A stretch of DNA of 54,847 nt from an uncultured Bacteroidota bacterium (GCA_937934705.1 CALGYY010000047.1:1-54847), one strand, 5' to 3'; shown: positions 19,869-28,974, counted from the first letter of the stretch. Numbers and translations: made by a program. The notes: generated from the letters alone by a model not told the origin.

Positions 19869-20955
19869 ATGCTGATTAATGAATCTTTGAAAGACCTCGG
19901 ATCAAGGCTGGATGCCTTAAGGAGGTTCCTTTGACGTGGACGGGAAGCTGAAACAAATCGCCATCGAGCAGGAGGCTACACTTCAGCCGGGATTCTGGGA
20001 CGAACCCAAAAAGGCTGAACAACTGATGAAGGCCATCAATGAGAAGAAATACTGGACTGATTCCTATGCCAGAGCTGTAAGTGCCTTTGACGACATGAAA
20101 GTGCTGGTTGAATTCCTGGAAGCTGGCGACGGCACAGAAGAGGATGTGGAAAAACAATATGCCATCAGCATGGCGCTGGTGGAAGAACTGGAATTCCGCC
20201 GCATGCTGAGCGGAGAAGAGGACAAACTCAGCGCTGTTGTTCACATCAACCCGGGTGCAGGGGGTACAGAGAGTATGGATTGGGCAGCCATGCTGATGCG
20301 CATGTATATCAGGTGGGGTGAACGCAATAATTACAAGGTCACTGTTCTTGATGAACAGGCCGGTGACCCTGCCGGCATCAAATCGGCCTCTATCGAATTT
20401 GAAGGGGCCTATGCGTTTGGTTACCTTAAAGGGGAAAACGGGGTGCATCGCCTGGTGCGCTTGTCGCCCTTCGATTCCAACAACCGCCGGCACACCTCCT
20501 TTGCTTCGGTTTATGCCTATCCTTTAATCGACGACAACATCGAAATTGAGGTCAACCCCTCTGAGATCGAATGGGACACCTTCCGGAGTTCAGGCCCCGG
20601 CGGGCAGAATGTCAATAAGGTGGAAACCGCAGTACGCCTTCGCCACCTTCCCACCGGCATCATCATCGAATGCCAGGAAACCCGCTCCCAGCTCCAGAAC
20701 CGTGAAAAGGCCATCCGGATGCTGAAATCACAGTTATACGAAATTGAACTCCGTAAAAAGCAGGAGAAGATCAACGAGATCGAGGCCAGCAAAAAACGCA
20801 TCGAATGGGGTTCGCAGATCCGCAGTTATGTGATGCATCCCTATAAAATGGTGAAAGATCTGCGCACAGGGGTGGAAACCTCGAACGTACAGGCGGTGAT
20901 GGATGGTGACCTTGCTGACTTCATCAAGGCCTTTCTGATGCAATACGGTAGTTAA
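19869..20955 (+). CDS. prfB: Peptide chain release factor 2 (needs a programmed +1 frameshift at 19929-19935)
   Basis: Frame 0 gives [21 protein letters not shown] and then TGA at 19932. The +1 frame continues [13 protein letters not shown]...GFWDEP... through the SPF and GGQ ([16 protein letters not shown]) motifs to 20955. Confidence 0.93.
19920..19935 (+). promoter_or_regulatory. prfB recoding site: internal SD-like AGGAGG plus CTT TGA C slippery/stop context
   Basis: AGGAGG at 19920-19925, a 3-nt spacer, then CTTTGAC at 19929-19935. This matches the classical RF2 autoregulatory frameshift cassette. Confidence 0.85.
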
Positions 20956-20980
20956 TATTACTCCATACAATACCATAACA

Positions 20981-21601
20981 ATGAAAAAAGCGATCATCTT
21001 TCTGTCTTTGTTAACTGCCCTGAGTTCCGCGGGAATGGCCCAGGATCCTGCCGCGGATGTTAAAGAAAATCTGCTGGCCATCGACCAGTTATGTCAGAAC
21101 ATCCGTGAAAAAGGCTTTACCCGGGTTGATACTATACGTTTTGACTGCCCCCAAACCCCCGATTACGGGATGGTGCGCTACTACATACAGGATAATGAAG
21201 TCCGGTATATTGAAATTGAAGGCAGTGATCAGAGTCACTCGGATTACCTGAAGCGTTTTTATCTCAAAGACCAGCTGCCCGTGATGGTACGTATCCGGCT
21301 GGAGTCATGGAGTTTTTCCGGAAACCCGCCGGATGACGGCAGTCCTGCTCCAACCAGTGAACACTTCTACGAAAGCATCTTTTACGCGAAAGACGGGAAA
21401 GGACTGCTATGTCAGGAAAGATCCTATTCTGTTTCTTCTGATTCCATCTCCCTGGTTAATGCTGATGATTATCCCCTGGAAACGATGCACTGTTCATTCT
21501 TCGCAGAATTTGTGCTTCCTGACTTTCATGACCTGATGAAGGTCTATGCGGCACGCAAAAAGAAGCACAACTGCCTGTTTGAACTGCTGGATCCCCGCTA
21601 A
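20981..21601 (+). CDS. Hypothetical secreted protein
   Basis: 206 aa with a signal peptide (MKKAIIFLSLLTALSSAGMAQ). No family recognised. Confidence 0.55.
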   Translation: MKKAIIFLSLLTALSSAGMAQDPAADVKENLLAIDQLCQNIREKGFTRVDTIRFDCPQTPDYGMVRYYIQDNEVRYIEIEGSDQSHSDYLKRFYLKDQLPVMVRIRLESWSFSGNPPDDGSPAPTSEHFYESIFYAKDGKGLLCQERSYSVSSDSISLVNADDYPLETMHCSFFAEFVLPDFHDLMKVYAARKKKHNCLFELLDPR

Positions 21602-21611
21602 GCAGGAGTGA

Positions 21612-22415
21612 TCAGTCCCCGGCAGACCATCTCTGCCTGAAAGTTTCGAAAACCAGAACGGCCACTGAAGCCGCTACATTCAGTGAATCTGCCTTTCCCA
21701 TCATGGGAATGCTGATGATCTGATCTGCAGCTTTACGCCAGTATGGACTCAGGCCATGAGCCTCTGTCCCCATCACCCAGGCGACGGGACCACGGATGCT
21801 TTGCTGAAACAGACTTACGGATTCCTGCAAAGCCGCTGCGTAAACGCTAAACTTCCTTTTTCTCAGCCACTGGTGCACTGCCTCAGAATCTGCAACAAAA
21901 ACAGGAACGGTGAATATACAGCCGATACTGGCACGGATCACATTGGGGTTGTATGGATCCGTAAGCGGATCACAAACCACCACCGCGCTGACCCCGGCGG
22001 CATCGGCTGTCCGCAGCACAGCGCCCAGGTTCCCCGGTTTTTCAATGGCCTCAAGAATGACGATCACGGCATCGCCGGGCGGCTCAAATTTTTCCAATTC
22101 CCGCATTGGCGTTGCCATCAGTGCAATCATCCCCCCGGATTCCCCGCGGTATGCCAGCTTCTCAAATACGTGGGGCGACAGTAAAAAGCTTTTTTCTTCA
22201 TCAACACCCATGGCCGACACATCAAATGCATCCGGCAGCCGCTCAGGACAAATAAACAGTTGTTTGATATGAATCCCGGCCTCAAGGGCCATGCGAATCT
22301 CCCGAAGTCCCTCGGCCACGAACAAGCCCTGAGCGCGCCTTTCGGAGGACTTCTCCTGCAGCTTCAACAGTGCTTTGATCCGCGGATTGGAGGTACTGCT
22401 GATCGTTTCTTTCAT
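21612..22415 (-). CDS. TrmH/SpoU family RNA 2'-O-methyltransferase
   Basis: 267 aa. SpoU motifs PGNLGAVLRTADAAGV, WVMGTEAHGLS and IPMMGKADSLNVAASVAVLVFE. Confidence 0.85.
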   Translation of the reverse strand: MKETISSTSNPRIKALLKLQEKSSERRAQGLFVAEGLREIRMALEAGIHIKQLFICPERLPDAFDVSAMGVDEEKSFLLSPHVFEKLAYRGESGGMIALMATPMRELEKFEPPGDAVIVILEAIEKPGNLGAVLRTADAAGVSAVVVCDPLTDPYNPNVIRASIGCIFTVPVFVADSEAVHQWLRKRKFSVYAAALQESVSLFQQSIRGPVAWVMGTEAHGLSPYWRKAADQIISIPMMGKADSLNVAASVAVLVFETFRQRWSAGD

Positions 22416-22432
22416 CTGAGGGGCCGTGGATT

Positions 22433-23419
22433 TCAGTTTCCTTTATTCTCGCGGACAAAGGTCTGAACTTTATTGGTCATTTTCAACACGAAGTTTTGGG
22501 TTCCGCTTTCCCTTACCTGGGTTTCTATGGAATATAAACCCTGACCATAGCAGGCCTGCAGCCGGCTCCCTCCGCTGTAATAGTAACCGTAAGATCTTGG
22601 CACCAGGCTCGATTTCCCGACCAGAACCTTATCCTTCAGGGCTTCAAAATAAGCTTCCCGTCCGGGATCATCCGGATGAAGAGGCACATCCCTGAGGGGG
22701 AGCAGAAAACGGCCGATCTCGACATTGTTGTAAAAATGTCCGTCTTCGGTGACCCAGGTGGCTCTGAAAACGATTTCGATATCAATATTGAGTTTGTTCT
22801 TTTTCTTTTTTCCACCCCATGACCAGGGGATGTACCAGCGCGTGCCTGAAACTTTTGCTTTTGCGTAATTGATTTTGATATCTTTCAGTTTCAGCCGGAA
22901 GAAGGAATTGTTGATCAATTCGTAGGGATTGCTCAGGTCCGGTTCAAAAGCAGCGTAGAAGGCTGTATCAGTTGTTCGTGCTGAAGTCTTTACCATGCGC
23001 GTCACCTCAAATCCGTTAAACTGCATCCCTACCGGATCAAAGGTGTTCTTGTCGAAAAGCTGGTCATAAAAAACCAGGTCGGTAAGCGCCTGTTCGTAGG
23101 AAGCCGTATACTTGCGACGTTCCATATTGATAAGCATCATCACCCCTTTCCCGGCCATTGAAAGCACCGATCCAACGGCCAGGCCGCGGTCTTTACTGCC
23201 CCGGTCGGCCAGTTCCGGAATGTCCTGTTGCTGAAAAAGCGCATAATTGATCACCTCAGGACTTTCCTGAACGGAGGCATTGATCACTTCTCCCCTCTTC
23301 TTATTTGAATACCTTGACGAACCGCAACTGATGAGCAGTCCCGCCAAAGCAAGTAAATAAACAAACAGCATAACAACACGTATGTGGCGCATAAGCAGAG
23401 TTTTTACAAAAATAATCAA
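22433..23419 (-). CDS. Hypothetical lipoprotein
   Basis: 328 aa. Lipobox LLISCGSS after a hydrophobic leader. The start may be the internal Met at 23392. No family recognised. Confidence 0.55.
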   Translation of the reverse strand: MIIFVKTLLMRHIRVVMLFVYLLALAGLLISCGSSRYSNKKRGEVINASVQESPEVINYALFQQQDIPELADRGSKDRGLAVGSVLSMAGKGVMMLINMERRKYTASYEQALTDLVFYDQLFDKNTFDPVGMQFNGFEVTRMVKTSARTTDTAFYAAFEPDLSNPYELINNSFFRLKLKDIKINYAKAKVSGTRWYIPWSWGGKKKKNKLNIDIEIVFRATWVTEDGHFYNNVEIGRFLLPLRDVPLHPDDPGREAYFEALKDKVLVGKSSLVPRSYGYYYSGGSRLQACYGQGLYSIETQVRESGTQNFVLKMTNKVQTFVRENKGN

Positions 23420-23480
23420 TTGAACGGTGATGCTGAGGTGAATAAGTCTGAGATGGGAAATGTAAGTCAGACGGCGGGGA

Positions 23481-23564
23481 GTTGAAAGTCGAAAGTCATA
23501 AAGTCATAAGGTCGAAAGGTCGTAAAGTCCGAAGGTCGTAAAGTCGAATGTCAAAAGGTCGAAA
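23481..23564. repeat. Array of about 11 degenerate 7-8-nt tandem units (GTCRWAAR)
   Basis: Reads gttgaaa gtcgaaa gtcataaa gtcataag gtcgaaag gtcgtaaa gtccgaag gtcgtaaa gtcgaat gtcaaaag gtcgaaa. Lies in the divergent intergenic region. Confidence 0.8.
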
Positions 23565-23565
23565 C

Positions 23566-23938
23566 AGGCGCGGATTGACTATTCATCATGGCATTGTCCC
23601 TGCACGCGCCTCATGACAGGGCGCAGGCACTGCTCTGCATTAGCTGCATTGAATCTTCATGCGCCCTCATGACACGGCGCCAAAGCACCAAACTACCGGC
23701 ACTGCCCTCTACGCGCCGTCATTACAGGCGCGGATTCTGCCCTTTCATCAAGGCGATGTCCTTTCACGCGCCTCATGTCAGGGCGCAGGCACTGCTCTGC
23801 ATTAGATGCATTGAATCTTCATGCGCCCTCATGACACGGCGCCAAAGCACCAAACTACCGGCACTGCCCTCTACGCGCCGTCATTACAGGCGCGGATTCT
23901 GCCCTTTCATCAAGGCGATGTCCTTTCACGCGCCTCAT
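23566..23938. repeat. 162-bp tandem repeat (about 2.3 copies), each unit made of three roughly 54-bp subunits carrying a GCGCC-N8-10-GGCGC hairpin
   Basis: cacgcgcctcatg recurs at 23603, 23765 and 23927, an exact 162-bp period. The subunit hairpins are acgcgcctcatgacagggcgc, gcgccctcatgacacggcgc and acgcgccgtcattacaggcgcg. Confidence 0.9.
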
Positions 23939-23969
23939 GACTATCTTTACCTTTTCTTACCTTTGCCCC

Positions 23970-24872
23970 ATGAACATCAATCCGCAACCGGTCTTGTGGC
24001 ATGATTACGAGCTTATCGACAGCGGGGGCTTTGAGAAGCTGGAGCGTTTCGGGCAATACGTTCTCGCACGGCCCGAACCACAGGCCATATGGAAGAAGTC
24101 GCTGAGCGATGAGCAGTGGTTGAAACAGGCGCACGTCCGCTTCATCAGGGACAAGGGCGGGGCAGAAAAAGAAACAGACAGGGGTCGCTGGGACTTTCTG
24201 AAGAAAATGCCCGAACAATGGTTCATTGAATATCATCTTCAGGATATCAGGATAAAATTCCGTTTGGGTTTAACGGCCTTCAAGCACGTCGGTCTCTTCC
24301 CCGAGCAGGCTGATAACTGGAATTTCATTGCTGAGCGCGTGAGAAAGCTCAGAACCCCGGGAGCGCAGGTGCTGAACCTCTTCGCCTATACCGGTGGTGC
24401 ATCGCTGGCTGCCAGAGCCGCGGGCGCCGATGTGACCCATGTGGATGCAGTAAAGACTGTAGTCACCTGGTCGCGCGAAAATATGGAAGCTTCCGGACTG
24501 GAAGGTATCCGATGGATCGTGGAAGATGCTGCGAAATTCGTCAGACGTGAAGTCCGCCGTGAAAAACAATACCACGGGATCATCCTGGATCCCCCCGCAT
24601 ACGGACGCGGACCTGAAGGAGAAAAATGGGTGCTTGAGGACGGACTGCCGGCTATGATGGAGGATTGTTCCCGGTTGCTGGCTCCCGGAGGTTTTCTGGT
24701 CCTGAACCTCTATTCCATGGGGTATTCAGCCCTGGTAGCCGAAAACCTTCTCAAAAGTTATTCTGGAAAGCTTCAAAATGTCGGGAGTGGTGAACTCTCC
24801 TTCACCGATCGCTTCAGCAAAAAACTTCCCCTGGGCGTTTACTCCCGTGGCGTCAACGGCGGAAGCATTTAA
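23970..24872 (+). CDS. Class I SAM-dependent RNA methyltransferase (RlmI/RlmK-like)
   Basis: The track ORF begins at 23937 inside the repeat. The Met at 23970 (MNINPQPVLWHDYELIDSGGFEKLERFG) fits the family N-terminus. SAM motif VLNLFAYTGGASLAAR and catalytic region IILDPPAYGRG. Confidence 0.8.
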   Translation: MNINPQPVLWHDYELIDSGGFEKLERFGQYVLARPEPQAIWKKSLSDEQWLKQAHVRFIRDKGGAEKETDRGRWDFLKKMPEQWFIEYHLQDIRIKFRLGLTAFKHVGLFPEQADNWNFIAERVRKLRTPGAQVLNLFAYTGGASLAARAAGADVTHVDAVKTVVTWSRENMEASGLEGIRWIVEDAAKFVRREVRREKQYHGIILDPPAYGRGPEGEKWVLEDGLPAMMEDCSRLLAPGGFLVLNLYSMGYSALVAENLLKSYSGKLQNVGSGELSFTDRFSKKLPLGVYSRGVNGGSI

Positions 24873-24961
24873 GCGTAAAAAGTATCAAATAGTGACTTTC
24901 AGGATACGTGTGGAATTTCTGCCCAGCTGACTCTCTGGCCCCGCTTTTTAATTCCCGTTTT

Positions 24962-26311
24962 ATGAAGGTATTGATTTTCAGCACTCTGCTTGTTTTCATG
25001 CTGCTCCTTTTCACGAAGACGACAAAATCCCAGAGCTTTCTTAATGGCAATTTTGAGCTGACTTCAGCCAGCGTCGGAAACGACGAGATCAACCTCAGCA
25101 ATGATGCCTGGAACCAGAAAATGCGACATTCACGGGCTTTCGGAACCTATGGTGACATGGACATCATCAGTACGGGAACCTACAACGGCATGCCACAGGA
25201 TGGCTCCTTCTTTGTTGCCTTCACGGGTGGAGGAACCGATGCCATTTCGATGGATCTTTCATCTCCGGTCAAACAGGGAGAAACCTATACCATTTCATTC
25301 TGGGACAGGGCCAGCAGCAGTTATACTCCCCAGCCCTTTGAAATAGGACTTTCCAATGACCCCCTCAGTTTCGGCACCCCGGTCTATACCGGCGGTCTGC
25401 CGGTTGTCGGCGTCTGGACCGAACGGACTTTCACCTTCACCGCACCTGTCACGGCGAAATATATCACGGTGCAACTCAGCGGGGCCAACAATATCGGTGA
25501 TTGGGCGCAGGCTGACAATTTTAAATTCGTTGATACGCGTAACTCCATCACTACGCTGAAAACACGGGAAAGCAGTTTCTGTGCCTGCAGCGATCTGGTG
25601 GTTGCCTTCCGTGCTGAAGGCAGCTTTGATCCGGGCAATATTTTCAGTGTTGAACTTTCCGATGAAAGGGGAAGTTTTGATCATCCTGTCCTGATAGGAT
25701 CTTTTTCAGGGAACGGCCTGAATGAAGAAATTTCCTGTCAGCTACCCTGCGACCTTGAGGAGGGTAGTGCTTACCGCATCCGGGTGGTTTCATCAGCTCC
25801 TGCCATTACCGGAAGTGACAACGGGGAAAACCTGCGGATCAATACAAAGCAGACGCCTTCGGTATCCATCAGTGTTTCTCCCGGCGGAGAGGTAAAAAAC
25901 GGAACCACCCTGGTGTTTAGCGCTGATATCAGCGGTGCGGGGGAGAATCCCTCCTGTGAGTGGCTGGTGAACGGAGAAGTTAAAAGTACGTCTTCCGGAA
26001 GTTTCTCCTCTTCATCACTGAAAGACGGGGATGTGGTGAGCATGCACCTGACATCAGACCATCAGTGCAGTATTGGTGAAGGGGCTGCATCCAACGAGAT
26101 CATCGTAAGCATGATTGAAGAAGAAAAACCCGAACCCCCGCTCGTGCATAACGACAGCGGACAGAAGAAGATCCGCAAACACGGCCTGAAATATTATATG
26201 TATGTTTTCAAATCCAAATACCAGGGTAAGCAGTCCCGCGGGAAAAGCGGAAAACCCTACCGGGCGCTGAAGAAGAACAAACATACCATCAAGCACTGTC
26301 ATAAGTTTTAA
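24962..26311 (+). CDS. Secreted protein with Ig-like/beta-sandwich repeats and a lysine-rich C-terminal tail
   Basis: The Met at 24962 gives the signal peptide MKVLIFSTLLVFMLLLFTKTTKSQ. The central segment NIFSVELSDERGSFDHPVLIGSF resembles Bacteroidota surface-protein Ig-like modules. The basic tail ends KKNKHTIKHCHKF. Confidence 0.6.
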   Translation: MKVLIFSTLLVFMLLLFTKTTKSQSFLNGNFELTSASVGNDEINLSNDAWNQKMRHSRAFGTYGDMDIISTGTYNGMPQDGSFFVAFTGGGTDAISMDLSSPVKQGETYTISFWDRASSSYTPQPFEIGLSNDPLSFGTPVYTGGLPVVGVWTERTFTFTAPVTAKYITVQLSGANNIGDWAQADNFKFVDTRNSITTLKTRESSFCACSDLVVAFRAEGSFDPGNIFSVELSDERGSFDHPVLIGSFSGNGLNEEISCQLPCDLEEGSAYRIRVVSSAPAITGSDNGENLRINTKQTPSVSISVSPGGEVKNGTTLVFSADISGAGENPSCEWLVNGEVKSTSSGSFSSSSLKDGDVVSMHLTSDHQCSIGEGAASNEIIVSMIEEEKPEPPLVHNDSGQKKIRKHGLKYYMYVFKSKYQGKQSRGKSGKPYRALKKNKHTIKHCHKF

Positions 26312-26452
26312 TCCCGCACAATGTTAAAGACTTCCTGTCGTTATTTTATCTGCCGGCGTTGCTGAACCCTGCCGAAAATCAGATTTACGGGCTGTTGTCT
26401 CCGGGGGCTTTGTCCCCTGATGAACGCATGAATACACCTCAACAGTGAAAAT

Positions 26453-28936
26453 ATGCATAAGTCCGTTCGTATTCTCATCGCACTTTGTCTGCTGTCATGC
26501 CAAACATGGCTTCATGCGCAGAACGGCGGGAGTCTGACTACCCGCATCATCACCCTGGGAGGAGATCCCGGAAGCCGCACAGATATCCGGCGGGATGCCA
26601 CGACCCAGAGACTGATCATCGCGGAGAACCCTGATGGTCTGCATCCATCGGGGATACTGAACCTTTGCCTGGATTCTTTTCCGGCACTGCAATGCCTTGA
26701 GATCTGGAACCTGAGCACAGCCGTGCTGAGCCTGAGCGGCAGAGAGAAAAGCCCCTTACGCAGCCTCATTATCAGCAATTCCCCGGCTTTCAGTCTGGAT
26801 AAGGCGCTTTCATTTCTGGCGCAGCGTTCATGTCTTGAACAACTGACGCTTGAAGGCCTGACCGATCCGCGGCTGCCGGCAAAACTCAGGCGTCTCAGAT
26901 GCCTGAACAGCATTTCTGTGATCAATTGTGACCAGGTGGAGATGCAGTCCCTGATGGATGCACTGAAGGATCAGAGCGGCCTGGAGCACCTTTGTATCCG
27001 CGGCAATTTTGATCTGCGTTTTCCTCCGCGGTATCAGCCCCGGCGCTATTTTCACCGTCTCGACTTTTCTGACAACTACCTGACGACCTTCCCGGTTTGG
27101 ATGCTTGACCCGGAGGGAATGAGCAGCCTCGATCTCCGCGACAATGAGCTCTACCTGCCCGATGTGCTTTATCCCATGCGGGGTATACGCATCGACACCC
27201 TTTATCTCACTGCGGGTAAAGCCAGTGATACCATTCTGGTCAGGCAACTTTTCCCAGATGCCATCTGTTATTTTGAATACGACACACTGACACCTGAGGC
27301 ATCGATGATCCGTTTTACCGGCGGGATTGCAGGATATGACGATCGTGACGCGAAGGTCTTCCGTCCTGTGCGTAATTCCTTCCAGCCCCCTGTGGATAAG
27401 GCCGATCCTGAGTTCCGCAGGTACAGGGCCAATCAGGAATCGGATCAGGTGTTCAGGACCCTGGCGGGCAGCAGGATCACCATTGAAGCCAACAGCCTGG
27501 TAAACGCCAGGGGTGAGAGCATCAGCGGTGACTACGATCTCTATTTCAGGGAATTCACAGATCTCGGGTCTTTGTTTTTCAGCGGGATCCCGATGACTTA
27601 TGACAGCGGAGGAAACCTGAATTACTTTGAGACGGGCGGAATGTTTGAGATTTATGCCCTGCAGGACAGCAATCCTCTGCAGGTCAGACCTGGGAAGGAA
27701 ATCAGGGTGGAGCTGGCATCGCTCAGCCGGGAAACAGGTTTCAACCTTTACCAATACAACGATACAAGCGGCCATTGGGAATACACCTCCGCTTTGGCCA
27801 ATGAGATCACCGTCAGCAAGCGGCCCGCCGTTTATTCCGGGGCATACAAGTACCTCTATCTGCTGAAGACTTATCCCTTCGACACCTGTACCTTTGAGCA
27901 GCGACATGAGTTTCCCCAGTATGCCCGCACCAGAAAAATGGTTGATTACTTCTGGGGACTGAAGAAAGACCTCTACCCTTATTTTAAAATCAGAAAGATG
28001 AGGAGCAGCGGCCGGAACAGGGACAGGATTTTCTTCCGGCTTCCCTACCGCTATTCCGGAAGGCAGCACAAATATGTGATCACCACTTCGGCATATCGCG
28101 AAATGTCGATATACAGCAGTTATGAATGGGAATACCGGGGTCCGCTGACAAAGCAGGATTTTCTTAAAGAGTACTGCCGTTTGCGCAAATGGACAGATAT
28201 CCGGATAGAGTATAACGAAGCCTCAAAAGAACATTACATCACATTGAAATCCCCGCAACAGGAAAAAGAGCTGACAGCAGTAATACTGATACCGAACATC
28301 AAAGACCAGGAGAAATACGCTAAAACCGTGACGAAGATGGATGTACGGTACCGCAAATCACTGGAACGAACAGCTGCATCTTTCAACCGCAGCCTGGCCA
28401 AACGCAAGGAAAGGGATCAGCGGAAAGACTGGAAGACCATACGGACGGTGATGTCGTCAGAGGAAAGGGAGATGCCGGTTGAAGACTGGCTGATCTATGC
28501 CAACAAAGCCCTGGAAAACAGCCTCAGGTCGGATTCACAGTTTGTGTTCACCGGATCGGAAGTCACCCGTGCACTTAGTCTCAATGGTTTCGGGATCTGG
28601 AATGTTGACCGGAAAGTTGAGTATCCTAATTCACAGAATGTTCTTGCCGAAGTACGGGATGAAAACGACCAGCCCGTTCAGCTTTGGAAAGGATGGCTGG
28701 TGAACCGTTCAGCGGCCGGAGTGATCCCCCTGGAACTGCGCAACGGGAAAGTAAAATATACAAGTCCGGAGAATATGACCTGGGCCATGTGTTTTGTGGA
28801 TCATCAGAACCGTCTTTATGTCAGTCATATGAACCAGGTCGGAGATGTCGTACAGGTGACAAGCAGCAAGGTGTTGCGTTGTTCCCTGCTGGAAGACCCC
28901 TCCAATGAAGCGCTTCATAATGCCATGGGATTCTGA
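26453..28936 (+). CDS. Secreted leucine-rich-repeat protein with a large uncharacterised C-terminal region
   Basis: 827 aa. Signal peptide MHKSVRILIALCLLSCQTWLHAQ. LRR-like periodicity in residues ~60-250 (LQCLEIWNLS, LRSLIISNSP, LEQLTLEGL, LEHLCIRGN, LDFSDNYLTTFP, LDLRDNEL). Confidence 0.65.
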   Translation: MHKSVRILIALCLLSCQTWLHAQNGGSLTTRIITLGGDPGSRTDIRRDATTQRLIIAENPDGLHPSGILNLCLDSFPALQCLEIWNLSTAVLSLSGREKSPLRSLIISNSPAFSLDKALSFLAQRSCLEQLTLEGLTDPRLPAKLRRLRCLNSISVINCDQVEMQSLMDALKDQSGLEHLCIRGNFDLRFPPRYQPRRYFHRLDFSDNYLTTFPVWMLDPEGMSSLDLRDNELYLPDVLYPMRGIRIDTLYLTAGKASDTILVRQLFPDAICYFEYDTLTPEASMIRFTGGIAGYDDRDAKVFRPVRNSFQPPVDKADPEFRRYRANQESDQVFRTLAGSRITIEANSLVNARGESISGDYDLYFREFTDLGSLFFSGIPMTYDSGGNLNYFETGGMFEIYALQDSNPLQVRPGKEIRVELASLSRETGFNLYQYNDTSGHWEYTSALANEITVSKRPAVYSGAYKYLYLLKTYPFDTCTFEQRHEFPQYARTRKMVDYFWGLKKDLYPYFKIRKMRSSGRNRDRIFFRLPYRYSGRQHKYVITTSAYREMSIYSSYEWEYRGPLTKQDFLKEYCRLRKWTDIRIEYNEASKEHYITLKSPQQEKELTAVILIPNIKDQEKYAKTVTKMDVRYRKSLERTAASFNRSLAKRKERDQRKDWKTIRTVMSSEEREMPVEDWLIYANKALENSLRSDSQFVFTGSEVTRALSLNGFGIWNVDRKVEYPNSQNVLAEVRDENDQPVQLWKGWLVNRSAAGVIPLELRNGKVKYTSPENMTWAMCFVDHQNRLYVSHMNQVGDVVQVTSSKVLRCSLLEDPSNEALHNAMGF

Positions 28937-28974
28937 GGCGGCCGGTTTCAGGAAAAAAGGCTATCTTCGTAGTG

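Noticed and set aside
23566-23938. Possible CRISPR array
   Set aside because: The ~20-25-bp hairpin elements are imperfect, and the sequences between them repeat with the 162-bp period instead of being unique spacers. No cas genes are nearby.
23588-24004. 138-aa ORF spanning the 162-bp tandem repeat (MALSLHAPHDRAQALL...)
   Set aside because: The reading frame exists only because the repeat lacks stops. The sequence is Arg/Cys/His-rich and consists of palindromic DNA units. It also runs into the start of the methyltransferase gene. I treat it as non-coding repeat DNA.
26828-28069. 413-aa minus-strand ORF
   Set aside because: It is entirely antisense to the 827-aa LRR protein gene, with Arg/Pro/Gly-rich low-information composition. 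It is a shadow ORF. The same reasoning applies to 26512-26925.
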